Shown piece by piece: positions 9,425 through 17,996 of a stretch of DNA of 29,227 nt. Positions within the stretch are counted from its first letter, which is position 1; each line of letters opens with the position of its first letter. The DNA comes from an uncultured Oligoflexia bacterium. GTDB lineage: Bacteria > Bdellovibrionota > UBA1018 > UBA6935. The position numbers and the translations under genes were made by a program. Under the pieces are notes generated by a model. It saw only the letters and a list, made by a program, of their open reading frames with translations, was not told the DNA's origin and ran no database searches. The stretch is taken from the NCBI GenBank assembly GCA_964013565.1, contig CAXGWU010000036.1, positions 1 to 29,227 of the forward strand, written 5' to 3'.

Positions 9425-10261
9425 TTAATTTCCGGAAGGAGTGGAGCTGATCTCTCTTTTTGGTTTAGAGGTCGAGTCAATGTTTTGAAGGGAAGGAGAG
9501 TCCCATGGAATATTTTCTACATGAGGTTCTAATACTTTTAAAACAACTCTACGATTTGTATCTAAAGCATTGATATCCCAACTTCCATCAGGATTACGTT
9601 CTTTTTTTTGTGGTCGAGTGGATCCATATCCAATTGCAAGAAGTTGAGTGGGATCAAATCCGGTGTCAATAAAACGTCTAAGTACTTGTGATGCGCGTGC
9701 TCCAGAAAGCTCCCAGTTCGATGGATAGATCCCGCTGAGAATAGGTCGACCATCGGTATGGCCTTCAACTACAATTTTATATTTTTTTTGTTCAGCGTCT
9801 TGACGTCCGAGTAGAGCGATCGTGAGCTTTTTTAAAATGTCCATTCCCTTTGGTTTGATGTTTGCACTCAAAGTATCAAAAAAGAACGTAGAATGAAAAG
9901 TGATCGTCGTTCCATTTGGATCTGAAAAAACAACAGCATCTTTTTCAATGCCTGCTTCTTGAATCACTTGTGATACAAATTTAGCAGTTTGTTCTCCCGC
10001 GGATTCATAATCTCCACCAAAGTGTTTAGCTAATCCTTCCTTTACTTTTTCATATCTAGGTGTATCAAAATTAGCTGTACTCATCATCATAATAAAAAAT
10101 GCACAAAGGAGTGTCATCAGGTCAGCGTATGAAGTTAACCAGATGGCTTCGTCCCCGTCCTCTCCTTTTCTCAAAGACTTCACTTCAGGTTTTTGGTGAG
10201 CGAGTTCTTCTTGAGTTTGTCGTGCTTTTTTTAAAAACTTTGAAATTGACAAGTTAAGCAA
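9425..10261 (-). CDS. motB: MotB/OmpA-like stator protein
   Basis: TM with conserved Asp (AIWLTSYADLMTLLCAFFIMM) and OmpA-like peptidoglycan-binding C-terminus (VVEGHTDGRP…NWELSGARASQVLR). Confidence 0.85.
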   Translation of the reverse strand: MLNLSISKFLKKARQTQEELAHQKPEVKSLRKGEDGDEAIWLTSYADLMTLLCAFFIMMMSTANFDTPRYEKVKEGLAKHFGGDYESAGEQTAKFVSQVIQEAGIEKDAVVFSDPNGTTITFHSTFFFDTLSANIKPKGMDILKKLTIALLGRQDAEQKKYKIVVEGHTDGRPILSGIYPSNWELSGARASQVLRRFIDTGFDPTQLLAIGYGSTRPQKKERNPDGSWDINALDTNRRVVLKVLEPHVENIPWDSPSLQNIDSTSKPKREISSTPSGN

Positions 10262-11036
10262 CCCTTCTCTCTATTCTTTCTTCTGGCATAAGAAAAGAAT
10301 TTAAACTTTCTTTCATTGCAAGTGGATTCACTTGTTTTTTTAATAAAATTGCACCTTCGACCATCATTCGTCGAAGAGCAATTTCTTCTTCAGTTCTTTC
10401 AGTCAAATTTTCTGCTATAGGAAGAAAAACTAAGTTAGCAATAGAGATTCCATAAAGTGTTCCAACTAGTCCAATAGACATTGCTGGCCCGATGAGTTTC
10501 TCACTCCCAGGTTTCCCTAGTTGTTGAAGAAGAGCGATCATTCCTAATGTGGTTGCAAGTAGTCCAAATGCAGGAGGAAATTTTCCAATGCTTTTGAACA
10601 TGTTTGCTTCACTCATATACTTTTTTTCAACTGTTTTTAATCTTTCTTCTAGAACTGAACGTATTTCTTGTTCTGTAAGAACTCCTGCTGCTACAAGAGA
10701 AACTCCTTCTTTTAAAAAAGGGTGACGAATACTGGGAATTGAATCTTTCAATGCGGATAGACCCAGTGAAGCTTTTTTATTAAGGTCTAGTAAGGTTTGA
10801 ACTGATTCTTGATAATTTACTTTATTTTTTCCTAAAACTCTAAAAAAGAAAATTTTTAAGAGAGAAATAATTTTTTTTATTGGAAAACTAATACTTGCTG
10901 CTGCTAGCGTTCCTCCACAAACAATGACTATCCCGTGAAAATTTAAGAAAAACATCAAGTCCATCCCGCTCTCTGCGAGAGATGCGACCATGACTCCAAC
11001 ACCTAGTAATACACCAAAAAGAGATGAAAAATTCAT
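10254..11036 (-). CDS. motA: MotA-like stator protein
   Basis: Track start at 11120 overlaps the upstream gene by 83 nt; ATG at 11036 (MNFSSLFGVLLGVGVMVASLAESG) preceded by GGAGG is a better start. Four hydrophobic segments, MotA-type GGTLAAASISFP and PAFGLLATTLGMIALLQ. Confidence 0.87.
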   Translation of the reverse strand: MNFSSLFGVLLGVGVMVASLAESGMDLMFFLNFHGIVIVCGGTLAAASISFPIKKIISLLKIFFFRVLGKNKVNYQESVQTLLDLNKKASLGLSALKDSIPSIRHPFLKEGVSLVAAGVLTEQEIRSVLEERLKTVEKKYMSEANMFKSIGKFPPAFGLLATTLGMIALLQQLGKPGSEKLIGPAMSIGLVGTLYGISIANLVFLPIAENLTERTEEEIALRRMMVEGAILLKKQVNPLAMKESLNSFLMPEERIERRVA

Positions 11037-11037
11037 T

Positions 11038-11556
11038 TTATGCAGCCTCCTCGGAAGAGCCTTTTGTAGAAAGAGCTGTTTTCCAAAGTTGATATTGTGT
11101 AATGACGTAACTGTCATCAAGTTCCTTAAGTCGATTCACCACATGGTGAGCACAACTCTCGTAAAATTTAAGTTTTCTTTCGGTCGACTTGTTTAAAAAA
11201 GCCTGAAATGAATATTTTGAAATATAGAATAAAAGACATTCAGTGGTTGCTCGTACTGTTGCAGATCGAGGTCCGTCATCAATAAGTGAGAATTCCCCAA
11301 AAAAACCACCTCGATCAATTTGACCAACGTCGTAGGTATTTCCTGAGACTCGATTTGATTTGAATACGCCTACAGAACCATCCATGACAAGATACATTCC
11401 CCAACTCATTTCACCTTCGATTACAATGTTAGATAGAGCTTCGTACTGAATGAGTTTTCCTATTCCTAAAATTTCTTGGATTTCAGTTTCTGAAAAAATT
11501 TGCAAAAGACTGACTTCCTTAAGAGATTCAACTGACGGTTGTTTTTTGTTTACCAT
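11038..11556 (-). CDS. Cyclic-nucleotide-binding domain protein
   Basis: 172 aa; …VIEGEMSWGMYLVMDGSVGVF…DRGGFFGEFSLIDDGPRSATVRATTECLLFYIS matches the cNMP-binding fold (G-E-S/L…PRSATV). Confidence 0.85.
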   Translation of the reverse strand: MVNKKQPSVESLKEVSLLQIFSETEIQEILGIGKLIQYEALSNIVIEGEMSWGMYLVMDGSVGVFKSNRVSGNTYDVGQIDRGGFFGEFSLIDDGPRSATVRATTECLLFYISKYSFQAFLNKSTERKLKFYESCAHHVVNRLKELDDSYVITQYQLWKTALSTKGSSEEAA

Positions 11557-13871
11557 CCTGCCACCTTTTTAAATTCTTCATTGTTATTTGGATTTTGGCC
11601 TTCTGGTGTTAGATCTGCAGCAAACATTTTTTCATTAGTTTCAATGAGATTGATACTGCCATCGTTAGCCATTACTTTTACTCTGTTAAGTATTTTTCTT
11701 GAAATATTTTGATACTCATCTCTTGATACGTTATCAAGACCTTCAATTTCTTCTTGAAGTTCAATGACAAGCTCTTGAGGTGATTTAGCAAAAATCGCGT
11801 TTCGTACATGTTCGGTTGAACCTTTTAAGAAACGAATTAACTCTTCATGTTTTAATCCAAGAACGACTTCAAGAAGGTGGTTATCTCTAAGGTATGCAAG
11901 GGTGTCTACAGAAACTAACTTACTTTTTACTGCGTGAGCACTATCCGGATTTTTTGTATTTAGCATGCTCATTACACTTTTCTGAGTCTGGATATTTGCT
12001 CTTTCAAGAAGACTTACAAGTACGTCGGATCCTGGAAGTGCTTCTGTATTTAACTTAGGATTGTCACTTCTTTTCCGTTTTAACGCTACGGCTACGTTAT
12101 AGATATAGTCTTTTGGAAGGTGATCAATTCTTGAAAGCTCAGTAAGAAGTCGCATTTTGGTATCTTCATCCATTTGAGCATAGATTGCTGTTCTTTTCAT
12201 TGGGTCAGTCTGAGTAAGAACAATAGCTTTTACTGTTATTGATTCATTTCGAATCAACTCAAGAACTTGAAGTTTGTCCATTTCTGCAAGAAAGTCAAAT
12301 AGACTGGTGGATCGATGACCTAAGATAAACATTTTTGCTGCAATGGTTCTGTTGTGGAGACTTTTTAAAAGTTCTAGCTTATCGTTATCATCCATTTCTA
12401 CAGGGTTTTTAGCGTAATACTCCATCAAGTCTGATAGATCAGTTTGTAAGCTCGGGTCACGAAGCATGTCGACTACAATTGCTTCTCCAAAAAGTTCAAT
12501 GTAGCAAGCTGTAACTTCCACTCCTTCTTCCGTTAATATTCGGGAAAAAACTTGTTTCGCTACTCTCGGTTGTTCACCAAAAATCTGAGTTAATTCTGAT
12601 TGTAGTCTTTCAATTTCGTAACGAATTGCAACGGAATTGATATTCTCTAAACGCGAAGGAGGTTTAGCAAATGACTCATTTGTTTCTGGGGATTGATTTT
12701 TTCCATCTTGAATAAATCTGTGAATATTTTCATTAGGTCCTCTTTTAGGTCGATAGGTAGCCAGAGCAATGAAAATAAGAAGAGAGAGTACTGAAACTGC
12801 AAAAATAAGTGAGTAGATTTCAAATTCTTGAATTTGAGATTGAACAATATCTCCATCTTCAACACGCTCTATTTTTTCATAGTGTACAAACTTCTCACTT
12901 TTATTTTCTTTATTTTCATTTGTTTGATTGAGTTGAGAATTTGAATTAAACTTTTTTGAGCTGGTAAATAAATCCTGTTTGTTTTTAAAAAATTCTGAAT
13001 TGGACTGAGATTTAGAATCTTTACTTGTAGAAGAAGCAAGTCCTCGTCGTCCAGATACATTTACTCCAGAAGCAATTCCGTTAGTAAGTCCTTGAGGAAA
13101 AGAAATGGATTTGTGATCTAGGTATACATTTTTTAGAAATCCTGTTTTTAATTTAGCCATTTCTAAAAGACCATACTGTTCCTCTGGAGAAAGACTAGAG
13201 TCTGTAAGAATAGTTCCTTCAATCCTATTGATTTTTACTGCAACATCACCATCTTGTACAAATTCACCAATAGAACCATATTGGGCTTCTTCGGGATTGA
13301 CGGGATCTACTTTAACGTCATAATCACCGAGAAGACAGTGCTGAGGACAGAAACGTCCAATTAAGTCAGATAGGGCACTGGTAAATTCTTTACTTATTCT
13401 TTCTTTAATTTCGGCTACTTTTCTGGATGATGCAATGGGTTGAGGAAAGTGTGCTATTTTTGTTTCAATTTCTACTGGATATGGCAAGTCCTCAAAGTGT
13501 TGATCTATTAATTCAAGGAGTTTCTTTTTTGAGTTCGGTCCAACTAAATCACCAATGAGTAAATTTACTTTGACTTCACTTACTTCAATTTCTGGATTTC
13601 CACCATTTTGAAGATTAATGTCAAATCCTGGTTCGAGTTCATCAGGAACAGCAACAGTGACCTGAGCTTGTGAAGAAAGGAGTTTACATTGATCGTCACA
13701 GTATTTTTTTAAAATAGGTTCTATTACTTTTTTTACTTCAGAAATAGACTTTCTTTTGAGTTGGTCTGCATTTAAAGATGCACTTTGAGCAACTTTTGAT
13801 GTTCCCAAAATTATGATGAATAAAAATGACCATTGAGTTATTTTAATGAAGAAATTCCTTTTTCTTTTCAT
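11550..13871 (-). CDS. Membrane-anchored protein with FliG-like cytoplasmic region
   Basis: 773 aa: signal peptide, about 300-residue extracytoplasmic part with duplicated C-x3-C-containing segment, polar linker, TM (IYSLIFAVSVLSLLIFIALATY), then FliG middle/C-like region (…LIRNESITVKAIVLTQTDP…; LLEVVLGLKHEELIRFLKGSTEHVRNAIFAKSPQELVIELQEEIE…). Confidence 0.75.
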   Translation of the reverse strand: MKRKRNFFIKITQWSFLFIIILGTSKVAQSASLNADQLKRKSISEVKKVIEPILKKYCDDQCKLLSSQAQVTVAVPDELEPGFDINLQNGGNPEIEVSEVKVNLLIGDLVGPNSKKKLLELIDQHFEDLPYPVEIETKIAHFPQPIASSRKVAEIKERISKEFTSALSDLIGRFCPQHCLLGDYDVKVDPVNPEEAQYGSIGEFVQDGDVAVKINRIEGTILTDSSLSPEEQYGLLEMAKLKTGFLKNVYLDHKSISFPQGLTNGIASGVNVSGRRGLASSTSKDSKSQSNSEFFKNKQDLFTSSKKFNSNSQLNQTNENKENKSEKFVHYEKIERVEDGDIVQSQIQEFEIYSLIFAVSVLSLLIFIALATYRPKRGPNENIHRFIQDGKNQSPETNESFAKPPSRLENINSVAIRYEIERLQSELTQIFGEQPRVAKQVFSRILTEEGVEVTACYIELFGEAIVVDMLRDPSLQTDLSDLMEYYAKNPVEMDDNDKLELLKSLHNRTIAAKMFILGHRSTSLFDFLAEMDKLQVLELIRNESITVKAIVLTQTDPMKRTAIYAQMDEDTKMRLLTELSRIDHLPKDYIYNVAVALKRKRSDNPKLNTEALPGSDVLVSLLERANIQTQKSVMSMLNTKNPDSAHAVKSKLVSVDTLAYLRDNHLLEVVLGLKHEELIRFLKGSTEHVRNAIFAKSPQELVIELQEEIEGLDNVSRDEYQNISRKILNRVKVMANDGSINLIETNEKMFAADLTPEGQNPNNNEEFKKVAGW

Positions 13872-13873
13872 TT

Positions 13874-14593
13874 TTAATTACTCCCTCTTAAGGTTAATTT
13901 TTTCTTTTTTGATTGTATAAATTTTTTGAGAGACTCATTATTAGGGTCAAATTCAACAGACTGTTCCCAAGATCGCATTGCTAATTCGGAGTAGCCAAGA
14001 CGTTCTAATAGCGTTCCTCTCATTTCATAAAGTTTGGGGTCAGTTGGGTAGCTTTTAATCATTTCATCTGTTTCTAGTAATCCAACTTCATATCGTTTGT
14101 TTCTATAGAGTTGCTTGATGTAGTCGATTTGAGCTAGATAGCTCGACTGACGTTTAGGTTGAGCTTCAGGAGGTGTAACAAGGCCTAGTTCATTTTCAAT
14201 ATTACTTCTCTTCCAGTCATTCTCTGGAATGCCTTCTGGAAGTTTTTCGATGATTTCGTGATCTGCAGTAGAGGGTTTTATTTTTTTATAGTCAGGGTTA
14301 ATTTGATTTTTTTGATTGGATGCAAGAGTCCTTTGTCCTACTAGAGTAGCATCCATTGGAACTACAAATTCAGTCATTTGATTTGTTTCTCTGGGAAGTT
14401 CAACTTCAACTGACTTCTGTCCTTCTTTTGATCTCAATATGATATTTGTCTCTTTTTCACCTTCGAAGAATGAATTACCAAAAGGATTTTCGATCATTGG
14501 AATGGTTTCAGTCTTTGTAGACGCACAAGAATTTCCAATAAGAATAATGAGAAGAGAAGTGATGCCTTTATTTAGATATTTCATCGATTTCAT
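13874..14593 (-). CDS. TPR-containing lipoprotein
   Basis: Lipobox-like LIGNSC after hydrophobic leader; C-terminal TPR-like helices (MRGTLLERLGYSELAMRSWEQSVEFDPNNESLKKF). Confidence 0.75.
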   Translation of the reverse strand: MKSMKYLNKGITSLLIILIGNSCASTKTETIPMIENPFGNSFFEGEKETNIILRSKEGQKSVEVELPRETNQMTEFVVPMDATLVGQRTLASNQKNQINPDYKKIKPSTADHEIIEKLPEGIPENDWKRSNIENELGLVTPPEAQPKRQSSYLAQIDYIKQLYRNKRYEVGLLETDEMIKSYPTDPKLYEMRGTLLERLGYSELAMRSWEQSVEFDPNNESLKKFIQSKKKKLTLRGSN

Positions 14594-14595
14594 CC

Positions 14596-15798
14596 TTAAA
14601 ATAGTGCGCTTACGCCCACGCCTCCTTCAATTCCAGTGAGGGTTCCTACAGCAGTTCCATCTAAAAATGCAGTTGCTGGTGGTCGGTACCCAATATTTGC
14701 ATTGACTCCCCAGTGTTTTCCAAGTCTCCATTCATATCCACCGCGAATCAATCCACCTAAAAACCCTGATGTGTAAGTTCCACCAATTCCAACAAATATA
14801 CTTCCTCGAATTTTGTTATAGTTTTCTAAATTTCCGATGAGATTCCAGGCGTGCATAAAAAGAAGAGAAAGATTAAATCCGTTCCACACATCAACAGTGG
14901 ATGTATCTGTAGAAGTGCTAAAGAAAGAGCTTGCACTTCTAAAGTAGTCTAATTCAAATCCAACTTCTTTTTTTCGATTATCGTAGCGTTCCATCATGCG
15001 GAAACCAAGACCAATAGTTCCGTTGTATTCGTTTAAATTTCTTTCAAACATATAATAGAGGATCACTCGGTACTGTAAAGTGGGTTCATAATCCGCTTGA
15101 TGTCTTGCTTGATCAACTTGTGAGTAATCAACTCCACGTCTAAAAGCAGCTGCACGAGAAGTTTCTGAATTATATGTTCTAGACCATATAATTGTTTGGT
15201 TTTCTGCATCAGTGATATAGAGAGAGAGTAAGAGTCCTGTGGGCAAATAGGCAAACGCAATATCTAAAAAATGTTTCACAGAGTGTTTTTTTGCAAGTCG
15301 AGCGAGTTGCTCAGGGTGACTTTCTGGAGACGAAATAACAACGTTATTTCCACTCAGACGAGCTGTTCTTGATCGACATGGAATACATTGAATCATTCTG
15401 GTTTGTGAGTTTTTTAGAATTCGCTCAGTTGTGAGTAACTCTAAATGACTCTTAAAGGATTCTGGAACATTTTCACTGGTGACGACATTTCGAACGGATA
15501 GATCAGTTAAGCCCCTTACATCGCCACTTTTGACATCATACTCAAAATCAGAAAGTACATCTTCAAGGACCTGGTAAAAACTTCTTTTCTTTTCGTCATC
15601 TTGTTCTTCGTTAGAAGAAATGAGCTTAGACTTCGTAGTTGGATCAGGAGTGATTTCTTTGTTCTCTGGTGATTCTTCTGCAAAAGTAGAGGTACTTGTT
15701 GTGAACAAGACGAGGAGAATTATCTTTCCCAAAAACTGAAAGGGGAGAGTCACTCGCTTTTTAATGAGTTTATCTGTTTTGTGGGTTTTTATATTCAT
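14596..15798 (-). CDS. Outer-membrane beta-barrel candidate, first gene of the motor-like operon
   Basis: Likely start ATG 15798 (track ORF begins 15843): signal peptide …FLGKIILLVLFTTSTSTFAEES; C-terminal alternating/glycine-rich strands ending in …GVGVSALF. Confidence 0.6.
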   Translation of the reverse strand: MNIKTHKTDKLIKKRVTLPFQFLGKIILLVLFTTSTSTFAEESPENKEITPDPTTKSKLISSNEEQDDEKKRSFYQVLEDVLSDFEYDVKSGDVRGLTDLSVRNVVTSENVPESFKSHLELLTTERILKNSQTRMIQCIPCRSRTARLSGNNVVISSPESHPEQLARLAKKHSVKHFLDIAFAYLPTGLLLSLYITDAENQTIIWSRTYNSETSRAAAFRRGVDYSQVDQARHQADYEPTLQYRVILYYMFERNLNEYNGTIGLGFRMMERYDNRKKEVGFELDYFRSASSFFSTSTDTSTVDVWNGFNLSLLFMHAWNLIGNLENYNKIRGSIFVGIGGTYTSGFLGGLIRGGYEWRLGKHWGVNANIGYRPPATAFLDGTAVGTLTGIEGGVGVSALF

Positions 15799-15830
15799 AG
15801 TGGTATAAACGATTCCTTCCTCTAGATGAC

Positions 15831-15857
15831 TTTTCGGACACATCCCCTGTCTTTTTA
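15831..15857 (-). promoter_or_regulatory. Sigma-28 (FliA)-like promoter candidate for the OMP-lipoprotein-FliG-like-cNMP-MotAB operon
   Basis: Minus strand TAAAAAGA-N11-TCCGAAAA compared with TAAAGTTT-N11-GCCGATAA, ending 32 nt upstream of ATG 15798. Confidence 0.45.
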
Positions 15858-15922
15858 ATTATTTTTCGTTTTTTTTCATTTTTTGTTTCATAAGGTGAAA
15901 AATTTGCCGATAGGTAGGTGAA

Positions 15923-16753
15923 ATGTTCCACAAAAGAAGGAAAATAAATTTAAATAAGATAAAGAAGAGTGTTTTTTTGACGTTTTTTTCGGTTCTTCAT
16001 GTTCAGTGTTCGTCGACACCGGTGACTCCTATTGAGCCATTACCGGAAGTTCCAGAGTATCTTCATGCTCCTCATCCTGTTGGTTTTGATTTTGCAGATT
16101 TAGAGCTTATTTTTCATAAGGCTTCTTCTCCAACACCTGAAAAATTGGCAGGTTGTAATGAAAAGTTTGAAAGTCTAAAAGTAGTCACTCAAAAAAATGA
16201 AGACATATATAGAGTCACCAGAGAGTTCATTAAAAATGAACCAGTTGAGTTTCATTGGTGTTTTTATCATAAGATCTTCACTCTTCATGAGACATTAAAG
16301 AATACCCCTACTTGGCGTGGACGACAGAAAGAAGTTATTGAAGCTTTTGAGTTTTTAGTTCCAGTCGCTCGAGGGTTTCGTAAAGAATTTCATGATCCAC
16401 GCTATCTTCGATGGGCGTCTCGATATTATATTCAGTTAAGTAAAACTGTTTTTTATAAAAACTTAGTTCTTTCTCCACAAGCAGTATCAGATCAGTATGG
16501 TGAAATTTCTACTCCTTATGCTTTATGGAAAAAGTCAGAACCTCAAAAAGAGGCTTCTCAGGCAGAAATTAAAAATGTAGAAATACAAAGCAACACAAAT
16601 TTAAAAGAACCAAAAGAGGAACTTCGTGTTCCTGCTGGATTAGAAGATCAAATTGATGCTGAGTTAGAAACAGAGTTAAGTAGTGATCCTTTTTTAAATG
16701 AAGCCCTTCCAGAGTTAGATTCCAACAAATCAGCTGAGGTTATTGAAAAATAA
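15923..16753 (+). CDS. Lipoprotein of unknown function
   Basis: 276 aa; hydrophobic leader with lipobox-like VLHVQC; mixed helical body, acidic C-terminus. Divergent from the motor-like operon. Confidence 0.65.
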   Translation: MFHKRRKINLNKIKKSVFLTFFSVLHVQCSSTPVTPIEPLPEVPEYLHAPHPVGFDFADLELIFHKASSPTPEKLAGCNEKFESLKVVTQKNEDIYRVTREFIKNEPVEFHWCFYHKIFTLHETLKNTPTWRGRQKEVIEAFEFLVPVARGFRKEFHDPRYLRWASRYYIQLSKTVFYKNLVLSPQAVSDQYGEISTPYALWKKSEPQKEASQAEIKNVEIQSNTNLKEPKEELRVPAGLEDQIDAELETELSSDPFLNEALPELDSNKSAEVIEK

Positions 16754-16921
16754 CTAGAGTTTTAATTGAAATTAAAAATTGAGTGTTTTTCTATGGCTCA
16801 AGTTTCATTCGTATTTTCAAAAGATGTCTGATTGTTTGTAAACCTGTTCATCTCAAAGAGAATTTTATGTTACATCTACTCTAAGGAATAGTAATTCTCA
16901 GGAGGGCAAGAATTCAACTTC

Positions 16922-17887
16922 TTGTATTTATTGATGAATAAGAGTCTTTTTGACGTAAAAATGTGGGTTAAAGACATGCAGCAAGGGAAGCGCATAGCCC
17001 TTGCTCGAATCATTACGAAGATTGAGAACCGAGATGTCGAAGTTCCTGAGTTGATGAAAGAGATTTTTCCTCTGACAGGAAAAGCGGAGGTTCTTGGTGT
17101 GACCGGTCCTCCTGGAGCAGGAAAGTCTACCCTTGTTGATCAGTTGATCTATGCGAGTCGTGCCGAAGGTAAGAAAGTAGCGGTTATTGCTGTTGATCCC
17201 TCAAGTCCATTTTCTGGGGGTGCAATTCTTGGAGATCGCATTCGAATGCAAAGGCATTATGGTGATACAGGAGTTTATATTCGAAGTTTAGGAACTCGTG
17301 GAAAACATGGGGGACTATCGCATTCGACAAAAGAAGCAGTTATGGCTTTGGATGCAGCGGGATTTGATCGAATTATTGTAGAAACTGCAGGTGTTGGTCA
17401 GACCGAATTGGCAATTTTGAAATTAGCACAAACTGTTTTGGTGGTCCTAGTGCCAGAGAGCGGGGATTCAATTCAGGTCATGAAAGCTGGATTAATGGAG
17501 ATTGCAGATCTTTTTGTAGTGAATAAATCAGATCGACCTGCTGCGGATCAATTAGTAAGAGAGCTTGTCGTAATGGTGGGTATGAACAGTGACCATGAAG
17601 CAAAATGGTCTGTACCTGTATTGAAGACAGAAGCGGTTAAGTCTGTAGGAATTGATGCGGTAATGAAGAGTCTTTCAGAGCATCAATCCTATTTAGATGA
17701 GTCCCATTTGAGAAATCAAAAGAGAACTTCTTTTTTGTCTGAGGAAATCGAAGATATCTTGTTAGAAAAATTTACTCAAAAAATTAAAGAATCTCTTTCT
17801 TCAAAAAAAGGAAAAGAAATTCTTTCAGATTTAACATCAGGAAAAATCACTCCTTATGATGCGAGTGGTCTAATTTTCAAAATCTAA
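16922..17887 (+). CDS. meaB: MeaB/ArgK-like G3E GTPase (methylmalonyl-CoA mutase associated chaperone family)
   Basis: GVTGPPGAGKSTLVDQLI P-loop, VIAVDPSSPFSGGAILGDRIRM, IIVETAGVGQTE. Start could be TTG 16922 or ATG 16934. Confidence 0.9.
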   Translation: MYLLMNKSLFDVKMWVKDMQQGKRIALARIITKIENRDVEVPELMKEIFPLTGKAEVLGVTGPPGAGKSTLVDQLIYASRAEGKKVAVIAVDPSSPFSGGAILGDRIRMQRHYGDTGVYIRSLGTRGKHGGLSHSTKEAVMALDAAGFDRIIVETAGVGQTELAILKLAQTVLVVLVPESGDSIQVMKAGLMEIADLFVVNKSDRPAADQLVRELVVMVGMNSDHEAKWSVPVLKTEAVKSVGIDAVMKSLSEHQSYLDESHLRNQKRTSFLSEEIEDILLEKFTQKIKESLSSKKGKEILSDLTSGKITPYDASGLIFKI

Positions 17888-17968
17888 ACTTATTCGTAGG
17901 AATTTTATTTTTAACTTATTGAAATTTAAATAGAAACTATTAAAAAACAATACCTGACTAAAAAAGTC

Positions 17969-17996
17969 TAAAGTAATCTTAATACTTGACCGAATT
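17969..17996 (+). promoter_or_regulatory. Sigma-28-like promoter candidate for flagellin 1
   Basis: TAAAGTAA…GACCGAATT; CCGA core one base farther from TAAAG than in the canonical arrangement. Confidence 0.5.

Noticed and set aside
10990-11196. 68-aa + strand ORF, and the N-terminal extension of MotA to 11120
   Set aside because: Both depend on weak starts. MotA from ATG 11036 with GGAGG fits the family and removes the 83-nt overlap with the cNMP gene.
12647-13060. Two small + strand ORFs (72 and 63 aa)
   Set aside because: Antisense to the polar linker region of the 773-aa protein; Leu/Phe/Lys-rich translations expected from low-complexity AT-rich sequence.
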